Positions 14,601 to 27,385 of a stretch of DNA of 64,000 nucleotides are shown in pieces. The stretch comes from Macrostomum lignano (lineage: Eukaryota): the NCBI GenBank assembly GCA_002269645.1, contig NIVC01002138.1, positions 96,708-160,707 on the forward strand, in the 5' to 3' direction. Numbering within the stretch: position 1 is the first letter of the stretch; the number at the start of each line of letters is the position of its first letter. A model generated the notes under the pieces. The model had not been told where the DNA came from and did not search any database. It saw nothing but the letters and a program-made list of their open reading frames with translations. The position numbers and the translations under genes are program-made.

Positions 14601-16273
14601 ATTTAAGAACCCTAACACACCAATTTAAGAACCCTAAAACACCTATTTAAGAACCCTAAAACACCAATTCAAGAACCCTAAAACACCAATTTAAGAAACC
14701 TAACACACCAATTTAAGAACCCTAAAACACCAATTTAAGAACCCCAAAACAACTATTTAAGAACCCTAAAACACCAATTTAAGAACCCTAAAACACCTAT
14801 TTAAGAACCCTAACACACCAATTTAAGAACCCTAACACACCAATTTAAGAACCCTAAAACACCTATTTAAGAACCCTAAAACACCTATTTAAGAACCCTA
14901 AAACACCTATTTAAGAACCCTAACACACCAACTTAAGAACCCTAACACACCAATTTAAGAACCCTAAAACACCTATTTAAGAACCCTAAAACACCTATTT
15001 AAGAACCCTAAAACACCTATTTAAGAACCCTAACACACCAATTTAAGAACCCTAACACACCAATTTAAGAACCCTAAAACACCAATTTAAGAACCCTAAC
15101 ACACCAATTTAAGAACCCTAAAACACCTATTTAAGAACCCTAAAACACCTATTTAAGAACCCTAAAACACCTATTTAAGAACCCTAAAACACCTATTTAA
15201 GAACCCTAACACACCAATTTAAGAACCCTAACACACCAATTTAAGAACCCTAACACACCAATTTAAGAACCCTAACACACCAATTTAAGAACCCTAAAAC
15301 ACCAATTTAAGAACCCTAACACACCAATTTAAGAACCCTAACACACCAATTTAAGAACCCTAAAACACCAATTTAAGAACCCCAAAACACCTATTTAAGA
15401 ACCCTAAAACACCAATTCAAGAACCCTAAAACACCAATTTAAGAACCCTAAAACACCTATTTAAGAACCCTAAAACACCAATTTAAGAACCCTAAAACAC
15501 CAATTTAAGAACCCCAAAACACCTATTTAAGAACCCTAAAACACCAATTCAAGAACCCTAAAACACCAATTTAAGAACCCTAACACACCAATTTAAGAAC
15601 CCTAAAACACCTATTTAAGAACCCTAAAACACCTATTTAAGAACCCTAAAACACCAATTCAAGAACCCTAACACACCTATTTAAGAACCCTAAAACACCT
15701 ATTTAAGAACCCTAAAACACCAATTTAAGAACCCTAACACACCAATTTAAGAACCCTAAAACACCAATTTAAGAACCCCAAAACACCTATTTAAGAACCC
15801 TAAAACACCAATTCAAGAACCCTAAAACACCAATTTAAGAACCCTAAAACACCTATTTAAGAACCCTAAAACACCAATTTAAGAACCCTAAAACACCAAT
15901 TTAAGAACCCCAAAACACCTATTTAAGAACCCTAAAACACCAATTCAAGAACCCTAAAACACCAATTTAAGAACCCTAACACACCAATTTAAGAACCCTA
16001 AAACACCTATTTAAGAACCCTAAAACACCAATTTAAGAACCCTAAAACACCAATTCAAGAACCCTAACACACCTATTTAAGAACCCTAAAACACCTATTT
16101 AAGAACCCTAAAACACCAATTTAAGAAACCTAACACACCAATTTAAGAACCCTAAAACACCAATTTAAGAACCCCAAAACACCTATTTAAGAACCCTAAA
16201 ACACCAATTCAAGAACCCTAAAACACCAATTTAAGAACACTAAAACATTTTTGAAAACCCTAAAACACCTATT
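5677..16273. repeat. 10.6-kb satellite, 22-bp monomer TTAAGAACCCTAA(A/C)ACACC(A/T)AT, about 480 copies, with higher-order repeats
   Basis: AACCC period is 22 (5761, 5783). Rare variant units recur at fixed long distances (see findings). Confidence 0.98.
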
Positions 16274-16431
16274 CGACACCTCGAACACCAGATGCTCTGA
16301 AGACCCATTTTGGCACCCCTGACATCATTGACCAACTCAGCAATCCAAGCATAAAATGAATCCAAAGTACTCGTACATGTATATAGAAAAGACAATGGGC
16401 AATGGCCATGGATGCGAAACATTGCCTTCAG

Positions 16432-19400
16432 TCAGTGCCGGGTCTCCCAGCTCGCGCCAGCCGCTTCATCTGTTGGTTCTATGTCAAGCAGAGAACTGAA
16501 AAATGAATAATAAGTAATTATCTGTTGAAGACTGTCGAACTGGAATAAAGTGGCACGCCAAAACTACGAAGCAGTTATTGGAGGAAGGCCCAATTTGGTC
16601 TGAGAATGTTTAGAATAATCGATGAGGAGCGTATTGAAGGAATGACTGTGAGTCCCATCTCAAATTAGTGCAGGGAATACGAGTGCACGAGAGTAATAAT
16701 TGAATGTTACTGACCTGACCGTCAATATAAATTTGAGTCCCAAACTGACTTTTTACCTGATTGACGAGCTGTCCAAGCCAGTAGCGGCACTAGCAACGTC
16801 TTCTGTATCGTCGCCAGCTCGCGTCCGACCAATGAGGCAGCCAGCAGCGGCCTCCCGGGACAACAGACGCACCGGCAGTAGCAGCAGTCGCGCCCGATCG
16901 CCGCTGAGGCCACCAGCTGAACGCAGCAGTCGGAGCATTCGAAAGCTCTGCGACCGGGCGATCACCTGCAGCACCTGGGTTGCGTCGGCTTGAAGCCGCT
17001 GTTGCAGCTGCAGGCTTGAACAGCCGCCAGTCGCCGCTGCCGCCGCTTTGCCGACGGGGACTCGCGAATTCGTCTGGCCAGCCGGGAGGGCACCCGGGCT
17101 CAGGCTGAGGGATTCGAACTTCAGACGTAGATCGGGCCGTACAGAAGGTAGAGCGGCTGCCACAGTTCGGTAGGTGATGCTCACATTCTGCGGAGCAGTT
17201 AGGCTTAAGACTCAGCCTATATGGCAATACTGCAGATCGATCGATCGATTGATTGATTGAATTGAATTTTTAAGCACCTATAGACTCCCGAAGAAGCGAA
17301 TCCATGAGCCTCATCTGAGGTTGATGCCAAATGTTACTCGTAATCGCTTTTGATTTCGAAAAAGTTCTACGAGGTACTACTGAGGGACAGTTCGTCCTAT
17401 CCCTCCAGCTCTAATGTACTTTTGCACAGATTTTTTTCGGCCAATTGTTCTTAGTCCCAAAATTGTGTCTGCGAAAAAACCTTAATTGATTCAACGCATA
17501 TTGCATAAAAATCGATATATAAATTTTACTAAATTTTCTTGTTTGCGATCTTTGCTACAATATTGTTTCAAAGATATATCAAAAATATAAAAAATCATTC
17601 CGATTTCATACGTATGTGTTAGAAATGCAGTTAAAACAAGTGCCATATACTCGTATATCAGGGGCGTAAGACTGTCGAGCAGGGGCCAATTGAAAAAAGT
17701 AAGCTCTTTTGGGACGTCCGGTATATCAGAGCTGAGGCTTGATATTAATATCTGATCATCTGAAAGCGTTGATTTCATTAGACATTCGTACCCGCGATGG
17801 GAACTAGCTCGCATTTTAATTTGTGCTCCGTACTTTGCAGGACATCAATCTTCAGGAAGTTGCTTAAATTTTAACGCTTACATGCTTACTTAACTACTAA
17901 TAGACGGTAAGTAGGCATGTAAGATTTGTCGCATGAAATTGTCGCAAATAACCACGAGTAAACTAACTGATAAATCTGATAGCATTGTTATAAAACGCAG
18001 AAGTTTAACGGGTAATGTCTGGTTAAAATCCAGACCTTCATGTCCAGCAGCTTCAGCGCTGAACTGTCGTTGTTCATTAGCATCGCTAAGATCTCCTCGG
18101 CCCCCTGAGACGTGAACGAGTTCTGGTCCAACTGAAAGAAGTAAGTGTTTTATGCCAGTGTTTAAGAAATGCTTAGCGACGAACGAATCGTCAAATCGGC
18201 TAAAACCCACAAATAGTTCCTGGAGGCAGCAATTGACTGACAGCATTTCGCCCAGCGCCTTGGCGCCCTCCAAGAAGATTCTATTCGACGACAGGTTCAG
18301 CGACTTCAACGAGCGATTGGCGCGAAGTCCGCTGGCCAACGCCGCGGTGCCGTCGTCAGCGAATCCGTTGCAACTGAGGTCGAGCCACTGGAGACTGGCG
18401 TTTGTCTGAATTGTCATGGAGATACGGTTGGAGACTTCTCTATAGATAGAAATAGTGTTACAGCCCTGGTTCTACAACCCTGGATTGTAAAATCGGCACC
18501 CATGGGCAGTGGAACCGGAACCTCTAGTCTCTAGTGATGAACCAGAACCTCCGTCCCTGGACTCCCTGGACTGGACTGGACTCCCTGGAGTCCCTGGACT
18601 TTGTATCCTCTGGTCCCTGGACATTGGATCCTCTGGTCCCTGGACTTTGGATCCTCTGATCCCTAGACTGTGGAACCGGCACCAATGGGCTGTAGATCCG
18701 GCCCATTATCCGGATACGAGACATATAAACAGAGGCTAATGTCAGATCGAACCCCGAGCGCAGCGCCAATCTCAACAGCTCCGTGAAGTCGAATCTCGCA
18801 AGCTGACAAGTTCAGTCTAACCAGCTGGCAGCTGATGGAGGCCGCGAGACTGTTGCTTCCAGCGAGAGCCGCTCCGATCAGCTGAGCGCCAGCGCTGCCC
18901 AGACGGTTGGCGCTATAGTCCAGGTCCTTGAGGGTGGACAGCTGCGGGACAGAGTGGGTTACTTTGAGGGGCTTTGTCACTGCCGAAAACGAAGGCGACT
19001 ATCAACCCGTGAGCACGTTCCCTGAGCACGAATACGCGCATGGACAGATTCGTGCTCACAGGCGCAGACTCACATAGGGTGCACAGAATTTCTTATCATT
19101 AGGCAGTGTGCACACTCTGTGCCTTGGTGGTTTGACCTTCGTGGTCGTGAATTGCATAACCAATTATCATGCACGAGCCCTAAATTATTGTGTTTAAATT
19201 ATTAAATCGAATCCCCGGGGACTTAAGCACGAAAGACAGACGCGTTACCACTAAGCTACTCTGCTTCTCTGGTCGATTTGCCAACAAATTTGCCTACCAC
19301 TACAGCTTTGTCTACCATTACAGCTTTGTCTACCATTACAGCTTTGCCTACCACTACAGCTTTGCCTACCACTACAGCTTTGCCTACCACTACAGCTTTG

Positions 19401-22019
19401 CCTACCACTACAGCATTGCCTACCATTACAGCTTTGCCTACCACTACAGCTTTGCCTACCATTACAGATTTGCCTACCACTACAGATTTGTCTACCACAA
19501 GACTATCCCAGAAATGCACTTTGGTAACAGAACTCTACAAGCTCAACGAACCTGCATCAAGCTGACCAGATGCTGGGCATCCCTCTCAACAAAATCGTTG
19601 CCAGCCAGATTGAGTTTACACAGAGCGACAAATGAGCTGCACCCTTCAGCCAGCTGTGCCAGCGCCTTGCCATCGAGTCGGTTACAGCTGAGGTTCTGCG
19701 AAGTGATTGCATGGATGTGTGCGGTTGTGTAAGATTTTTGTACACACAGTATTACATTCTTTCGAGCTATTCTGGAATTATTCCTGATAGGTTGAAAGGG
19801 AAAATACCATTTTTTGATATAATGAAAGCATGTAGAATGTCAGTTAGGTATGTAAGGCATGTAATCTGACCGGTAGGCGGGTATGTGAATTTGTACGTAA
19901 TGCATGTACGCAGTATAAGGATTCAATTTCATATGCATGTAGGCCTTAGGGACTATTTAGGGACTATCGTAGGAACTATTAGGAATAGGACTTAGGATTT
20001 AGGAAATTAGGGAATTGCATTGTTATCAGAGCGTGGTGGAGTGTAGCAGTTGTGGACAGCTGCACTCTTACAAAAAGCCACAAGTGCTTGATGACGGCAT
20101 TGCAAAGGGCGAGTGCAGGCCGCCCTAAAAGTCTGCTTCCACTTTAGAGGGGTTGTATGCCTTTATGTGGGGCGGGGTTCAATTACATTTTTAACAGAGG
20201 CATTTCAGGAATCGCACGAGAAAGGGGAACCGTGAGAATCGGCCGGAATTGCGCGGTGGCTGGAAGACGTGGGAAATGATAACGCAGACAGTTTCACAGG
20301 GACTTCATCGGGGAAATTTACTATAAATAAGCGAGGGGTTAAATGCTAAAAACTTTACCTTTTCTCACTCTCTTTTCACTCTCTTTTAAACGCCTTGTAT
20401 TAACTTTTGGATTGCTTAATAGTTTGCAAATCACGACGACCGCTTCTGCAGACACCTGTGACCGGAGGGTAAGACTGAGCACTGACATGACTATAGATTT
20501 ATGAATATTAGCGTATCGGTCTCAGACCAGGTAGATAGGCGTAATTTATATATATATATAATAGATTAATAGGAGTATTTGAGTAGCTTAGTTATACCGT
20601 AGTGTCTCAGACTTATTCTCCCTGCTTGTAGCTCGCTTATTTGCTTATTAATACAAACGTTGAAAATGCAGTAGTAAATATAATTATATGGTTGATCGGT
20701 AAATAACATCCAAGCATATTCTACCTCGTTTGAGTCACTATTAATCATATGTAAGGTTCTTAGTTTGCGGCCAACTAGGAAGCTTATACGCAGGTACTCA
20801 GGTACGAGTATGTATCTATAGGCATGTAGCTAAGTAGGCATGTAGGTAGGTGCTTTAAATTCACGCAACTGTGTGTCTCTGCCCAACCTCACCAGTGTTG
20901 TCAGGTTGGCCAGTTCGCTAGCTGCCGTGACCAGGGAGTCGATGGCCAGGACTGTTAGCACGTGACCAGACAGGTTGACCTCGCGCACGTTCTCTTTGCG
21001 CTGCGATTGAACAAATGCGGGAATGGGGAAAACAGATATTAGGATGGATTTCAGTGATTCGGCAGAAATAACTATAGAAAATAGAAATAAAAGTTACTGC
21101 AGGAGGGCTGTGGACACTCTAACGAAACGCCCTTGGCGACGTCGTCCCACAACCAGCGCTGACGACAATTCTGCCCATTCCGTTGACTCCTGAGCACATA
21201 AGCGAGCCAATGCTGTACACAGGCACGCACTCATGCCCACGCTCACACAGGGTGTACTGCGGCTCTAAGAGTCGGAGGCATTTACCAATGAGCTGCTCTG
21301 CCACCAAGCAAGCAATCGTTGGGTTGGCTTCATCTGCAGCATCGTCTAGTCAGTTACTACTCAGCCACTCAGCTCAGCCCACCAACCAACTCAGAATCAC
21401 CCGCTTAGTCACTCCGTTCTACTCACCGCCAGCGGTACGCAAGCGGCCACCACGTCGCTGTCCCGCAAGCCTAGACCGGTGACGCAGATCTTGTCGCCCG
21501 AGCCGGTCAGCTGGGCTAGCACCTGGCTCAGAGCCATGACTCGCAGCCGTCGGCACGCTCGTGTGTACATCCGACCCAGACTGTTCAGCAGCGAGTTCTC
21601 CCCGGCGCTGTCGCTGTCGCTGTCGTCGTCGTCATCGTCGTCTGGACTGTCCAAACAACGGCGACGCCGCCTACCCTGTCGAGGCATGGTCGACGGTTTC
21701 GACATACGAGCAGTCCAGGCGTCCTCCAGATCCGTGTCCGATTCTTCAGACGATTCACCAGCCAACGCCACTTCCGAGGCTTCCTGACGAGCTTTGCTGG
21801 TGACCTCTCGGACAACGGCTTGGGGCTGCTGCTGCTCCACCTGCCGATTTCTCCGCTCTTGCCGCCGCCAATGCCGCCGCCATAGCCGCCGTCGCCGATT
21901 GCTCCCGGTGTTGTCCGATGCGCCCCCGCTGGCCTGCTGCCACTCGGCCAGTTCTCGGTGGAAGTGCTCCACGGCCTCCTCCGCTTGGCCCTTGCTGAGC
22001 TCAGAGATTATTAAACCGT
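16432..22019 (-). CDS. LRRC74: RNI-type leucine-rich repeat protein, LRRC74A/B-like (5' end not determined)
   Basis: Exons about 22019-21427, 21000-20893, 19695-19552, 18941-18753, 18405-18211, 18131-18036, 17187-16757 and 16495-16432 join in frame via GT-AG (outer boundary of the first exon uncertain). LRRs include NLSCNRLDG, LDYSANRLGSAGA, LDLSCNGFADDG and LNLSSNRIFLEGA. The pre-LRR motif YTRACRRLRVMALSQVL..GLGL resembles LRRC74 Y..AC...V.P.S as recalled. Confidence 0.75.
19283..19497. repeat. 18-bp minisatellite (TTTGCCTACCACTACAGC) in LRR-gene intron
   Basis: About 12 direct copies; source of the FAYHYS/ALPTTT ORFs. Confidence 0.92.
21098..21270 (-). mobile_element. Copy of dispersed SINE-like family (3' part)
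   Basis: Shares CAGGAGGGCTG..TTGGCGAC..ACAACCAGCGCTGACG..TCTGCC..CTCCTGAGCAC..CTCACACAGGGTG with 28194, 49585 and 48300 (rc). Confidence 0.7.
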
Positions 22020-23961
22020 CTCAGATATAAAAAGAGGCAAATTCTGTTCTGAGCATTTTTAAGTTACAAAATTTACTTGATATTTTCGTAGACTGCCTTA
22101 AAAATTTCTCTGCAGGGGACCAAGTGCAGCCGCAACCCTGCTCAGCTTAACTCGCTCACTGGGGCTGCACTAACCATTGCCATCTCTGCTTAACTTTCTG
22201 CGCTAGAAGTCATTTAGCTTGTCCAAAAAATCAATAAAAAATTTCGCTCGAATCAGAATGAAATTTGCTTGGTTGCAAACCTATGCGGCCTAAACATGTC
22301 AGCCTATACATGTCGGCCTATACATGTCCATTCCTGATGTTTTTCAAGTTTGTCTAGGGTCCATCTAAGAGTCCTTGGTGTCAATCCAATACGCTATTGA
22401 TGTATGGATGACATGGATCAGGCACGCCGATCAGAGGGTCCCATACTTATCCAGTAAATTTTGTTAATGCATCTTACCGCCTTTTAGTTTTAGCTGCTGC
22501 ATCGTTACTGTTCACTGTTGATGCCTCCTTGTAGCTCATGATAGCAGATAATTCATTAATGATAATAATCAGAAAGCCAAGCTCCTGCTTGCATAAAATG
22601 CACCAAGGAACTTTACTTCACTTAAGTGTCAAAATATAGATTAAAGTCAGCTTGAATAGTTGCCATGGGCTCCTATTTGCCCTTCCCACTCCCTTCCCCA
22701 GAGGAGATCCGCTAGCAACTGCTCCTAGCTACCGGCTGCAGGATTAAGGAAGTTCATCATCATCCTATTGAATGCTTGAAGAATGAACTGCTCCTATATG
22801 GACTATTTACTGTCATGCTATTGTTGCGGCTGTCAGGCCATTTTTTGTGCAACGCGAGGAACAGCAGCGATTTTATTAATGCACGCTCGTACGAAGGGTG
22901 TCCAGAAAGTAGTGCTACTTTTGACTGCAGATCAGGGTGGATTGAGGGTGTGTAGAGATTCGTTAGTCATACCGTAATGCACTGCTTAAAGTAATATTCT
23001 AATAAAATCAATTTAAAGTCGCAATTGATTTACAATTATTCTATTTTTAGAACGAGTCATGATGAGTCATATCTACTCGTATTTTTAGAAATTCTATTTT
23101 TAGAATGAGTCACGTGCAAACAGAAGTGACTCATCTCTTCAGTGCCCTACATAGGACCGACGTTTATTTGATCAAGGAACCGGTTCTCGCGAGTTTTATT
23201 TGCTTAATTCCATATATGGTAATGATCAAACATTCATGACCTTTTAATCAAACATATGTGACCTAAGTAAAGAACCGATTTTAAACCAGTTTTTCACCAA
23301 CATTTTACTATAAATATAAGCGAAAATCCGAGTCAAAAATTCAGACTCGGAGCAGTCTCAAGGAATACCTTGGAATACGTTAACCAAGAAGACTCATCTC
23401 TGAGAGAAGAAATCCGGACAGATTGGTAAGCGTTACCCGATTTAGTTTTTTGCTACAGCACTAATAAGTTGATTAATTGAGTTTACGAGAGCCACTTATT
23501 GTCGACACATTTGAGAAAGGCCTCCTTGTTTCCTAGGATACATTCTTAGAGGATTTATTGAGTTGATTTGAGTTATCGGTTACGTTTCTGACGTAACGAA
23601 GAAGACGCCCTTCAGGAGGACCTGTTACAGATTTAAAGAATTCAATTGTTCATAAGGGCGCACGTTCTATTGTGAATTCCGAGCTCGAGGACCGTCAAGA
23701 ATTCTGATTCGCTCTCGTTCTGGTCGACCCACAGATAAAGTTAAGGACTCCAAGAGACAACAGCTGTTCACCGGAACCGGCCGCCGCCACCGCTCATCAA
23801 GCTAGCTAGCCCTACAAGCAACAAGACCCCGCCGACTACCAACTTCAAGAGGATCCGCTGCAGTAAGAGTTATTTGATTTTGTTTATACCTAGGCACTTG
23901 TTCCCCAGTGTCTAGAAGTGGGAGTTATTGAGTGACTGATCACCACCCAATAAACTCTTCA

Positions 23962-25549
23962 GGCGATTCGATAGGGCGGATTGAGGACGATTCTATAGGG
24001 TGGATTGGGGGCGATTCTATAGGGTGGATGTGGATTGGGGCGATTCTATAGGGTGGATTGGGGGCGATTCTATAGGGTGGATGTGGATTGGGGGCGATTC
24101 TTTAGGGTGGATTGGGGGCGATTCTATAGGGTGGATTGGGGGCGATTCTATAGGGTGGATGTGGATTGGGGGCGATTCTTTAGGGTGGATTGGGGGCGAT
24201 TCTATAGGGTGGATTGGGGGCGATTCTATAGGGTGGATGTGGATTGGGGCGATTCTTTAGGGTGGATTGGGGGCGATTCTATCGGGTGGATTGGGGGCGA
24301 TTCTATAGGGTGGATTGGGGGCGATTCTATAGGGTGGATTGAGAGCGATTCTTTCGGGTGGATTAAGGGCGATTCTATAGGGTTGCTTGAGGGTGATTCT
24401 ATAGGGCGGATTGAGGGCGATTCTATAGGGTGGATTGAGGACGATTCTATAGGGCGGATTGAGGACGATTCTATAGGGTGGATTGATGGCGATTCTATAG
24501 GGTGGATTGAGGACGATTCTATAGGGTGGATTGAGGGCGATTCTATAGGGTGGATTGGGGGCGATTCTATAGGGTGGATTGAGGGCGATTCTATAGGGTG
24601 GATTGGGGGCGATTCTATAGGGCGGATTGAGGGCGATTCGATAGGGCGGATTGAGGACGATTCTATAGGGTGGATTGGGGGCGATTCTATAGGGTGGATG
24701 TGGATTGGGGCGATTCTATAGGGTGGATTGGGGGCGATTCTTTAGGGTGGATTGGGGGCGATTCTATAGGGTGGATTGGGGGCGATTCTATAGGGTGGAT
24801 GTGGATTGGGGGCGATTCTTTAGGGTGGATTGGGGGCGATTCTATCGGGTGGATTGGGGGCGATTCTATAGGGTGGATTGGGGGCGATTCTATAGGGTGG
24901 ATTGAGAGCGATTCTTTCGGGTGGATTAAGGGCGATTCTATAGGGTTGCTTGAGGGTGATTCTATAGGGCGGATTGAGGGCGATTCTATAGGGTGGATTG
25001 AGGACGATTCTATAGGGCGGATTGAGGACGATTCTATAGGGTGGATTGATGGCGATTCTATAGGGTGGATTGAGGGCGATTCTATAGGGTGGATTGAGGG
25101 CGATTCTATAGGGCGGATTGAGGGCGATTCTATAGGGTTGATTGAGGGCGATTCTATCGGGTTGATTGAGGGCGATTCTATCGGGTGGATTAAGGGCGAT
25201 TCTATCGGGTGGATTAAGAGCGATTCTATAGGGTGGATTGAGGGCGATTCTATAGGGTGGATTGAGGGCGATTCTATAGGGTGGATTGAGGGCGATTCTA
25301 TAGGGTGGATTGAGGGCGATTCTATCGGGTGGATTAAGGGCGATTCTATCGGGTGAATTGAGGGCGATTCTATAGGGTTGATTGAGGGCGATTCTATAGG
25401 GTTGATTGAGGGCGATTCTATCGGGTTGATTGAGGGCGATTCTATCGGGTTGATTGAGGGCGATTCTATCGGGTGGATTAAGGGCGATTCTATCGGGTGG
25501 ATTAAGGGCGATTCTATAGGGTGGATTGAGGGCGATTCTATAGGGTGGA
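23962..25549. repeat. 24-bp G-rich minisatellite (GGGCGATTCTATAGGGTGGATTGA) with an internal ~560-bp block duplication
   Basis: 8-aa periodic ORFs (WIEGDSIG). The rare variant GGTTGCTTGAGGGTGATTCT occurs at about 24381 and 24944. Confidence 0.95.
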
Positions 25550-26144
25550 ATTTAGACAACAAAATTTAGACAATTTAGACAATTTTAGTATGTTCAAAAA
25601 TATTTTTTTACTTATTTATTTTAGGGTTGATGCAGTTGCTCTTTCTGGTGTAGTTGCGGTTTACTAACGAGGAGATGCGATCAAAAGTAGCAACAATACT
25701 TTCTGGACAGACCTCGTAGCTAATTTTATTTGGCTTATGCTTTTAAATTATAATATAACATTAGTTAAATGATCTGCATTATATAAAGGTTTAAAAGCTG
25801 CGTAACTAAAGCTGAAGACTCGTATTGTTTAAGTCTTTAGAAATCAACAGTAACTGAAAGTACTCCAGCACTATAAGAAAGTATTGAAGGCCTATTTTTT
25901 AAAAATTGCCAAAATGTAACTCTTGATGCGAGCTTTACCAAAAGTACATCCAATTAAGTAATCTATCATTCAAGTTGAATTCTAAGCTTTTCTTTTAAGC
26001 TTCGACAATTTCATTCAGTTTGAGTTCGAATCGGCCTTCAAAACATTTATGAGATTCCCCTAGAGCAGTTATGATCAGTCTGTTTAGTAAATTAGTTAAA
26101 TAATGCTTGCGATTTAAAAAAGTTCATCGCGTCCTTCATTTCCA

Positions 26145-27035
26145 TCAGCTGTCTGCGGCCGGCACAATTCGAACTCGCTGCGACACGCCGAACCGCGTGT
26201 GAAATGTGCCGGCCGTCACGAAGGCGACCTTGCTGCTGCCCTCCGGGTGCCGGAAGCCGAGGTTTCGCTGGAACACCTGGCGCAGATTCGGGATCACGAT
26301 TGGCAGCAGGTAGCGATTGTCCTTGGTGTACAGGCGCACCTTGATGCGGCCGGATAGGTAGGTGACGGCCGTGAACCGGGCCTTGAACTCGTTCTCCTCA
26401 ATCACCACCTCCGCTTCCACCCGGGAGGGCCGGCCGTCCCGGCTGCCGGGCACCCGGATCTCCGTGTTGATGGCCCACGTCACCTCGGACTCCACCGACT
26501 TCTCCGACTCCTTCTCCAAGCTGAACTCGGCGCTGAAGCCGGCGTTGAGTTCCAGGATGTCCTGCGGCAGCGCGAGCTTCAGGCCGAACTCCTGGTTGAG
26601 CACGAGGCCGCGGGTGATGCGGTAGCAGCAGCTCGAGCGGGTGGTCCTGCTGGTGTTGATGTGGTTGACGATCTCGTGCGGGCACTCGTTGGTGTACACC
26701 GTGCGGAATGCACAGCAGCTGCTGGTGCTGGGCCTCAGCGCCCGGCCCTGAGCCACCACCGTGACGGCCTCGGAGGCAAGCAGCTTGTCATCGTCGCCCT
26801 CGCCGTCGCCGCCAGCGCGGTTGGCCGCCTCAGGCTCGTAGTTGGGCACGGCGGTGACCACCTGCAGCTCGCGGGTGTCGATCTCTCGGCGCAGTTCGCC
26901 CCAGGGCAGCCGGCAGCCGAGCGACTTCTCCAAGTCCTTGCGTTCGTTCCTGTCGTAGATGGCTTCGGCAAACCTGTCAACGATGTCGTCAAGGTTGACG
27001 ATCTGCTCCTTGAGTGCCGCCGGCTCGTCCGCCAT
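26145..27035 (-). CDS. Aerolysin/ETX-MTX2 (LIN-24-like) beta-pore-forming protein, about 296 aa, single coding exon
   Basis: ATG at 27035 (MADEPAALK), TGA at 26147-26145, strong GC3 bias. Motif order F.TVYTN...T.RTT.S....IT.G...alternating hairpin (LKLALP..LELNAGFSAEFSL)...TWAINTEIRVP is typical of the aerolysin-like pore module. Confidence 0.8.
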   Translation of the reverse strand: MADEPAALKEQIVNLDDIVDRFAEAIYDRNERKDLEKSLGCRLPWGELRREIDTRELQVVTAVPNYEPEAANRAGGDGEGDDDKLLASEAVTVVAQGRALRPSTSSCCAFRTVYTNECPHEIVNHINTSRTTRSSCCYRITRGLVLNQEFGLKLALPQDILELNAGFSAEFSLEKESEKSVESEVTWAINTEIRVPGSRDGRPSRVEAEVVIEENEFKARFTAVTYLSGRIKVRLYTKDNRYLLPIVIPNLRQVFQRNLGFRHPEGSSKVAFVTAGTFHTRFGVSQRVRIVPAADS

Positions 27036-27354
27036 GACCGCCCGAGTTCCAGCCGTGTTGCTGGGGTGGAGGCAACGGGAAAGAAGAATGAAATTAGGGG
27101 ATCGGAGATCCACCCTGCCAGTCTGTATTTAATGCCGAACCGATCGATCGGACTCCTGCCCTCCCAGCCCCAGCAGGCATTTCATAGGGAAGCCCAGAAT
27201 GACTCTTGTTTTCCTCTCTCTCATTTCCTTGCCGCCCCAAGGCTTGGCAACAACCGGGGGCGCATTTTTTCGGAGAAGCCTCTCCAGTCTGCTGCTCAGA
27301 TTAATAATCCCGCCTTCACCCTGAGCAGTCAATCTGATTTTTTCGATCGGCCAC

Positions 27355-27385
<31 letters not shown>

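Noticed and set aside
5677-16273. True telomere or CRISPR-like repeat-spacer array
   Set aside because: The hexamers are not contiguous and genes lie on both sides. Inter-repeat sequence is invariant apart from point variants, so there are no unique spacers and no cas genes.
18461-18692. TA-flanked CAGCCC...GGGCTG segment as a Tc1/mariner MITE
   Set aside because: The perfect TIR is only 6 bp and the interior is short direct repeats; insufficient without other copies.
23344-23865. Plus-strand exon-like blocks with GTAAG donors
   Set aside because: I could not join them into an open frame; a lncRNA or UTR exons cannot be supported without RNA data.
24000-25569. Long ORFs WIEGDSIG / PIESPSIH as a repeat protein
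   Set aside because: They are open on both strands only because the 24-bp unit lacks stops in those frames; the frame shifts freely and there is no unique coding flank.
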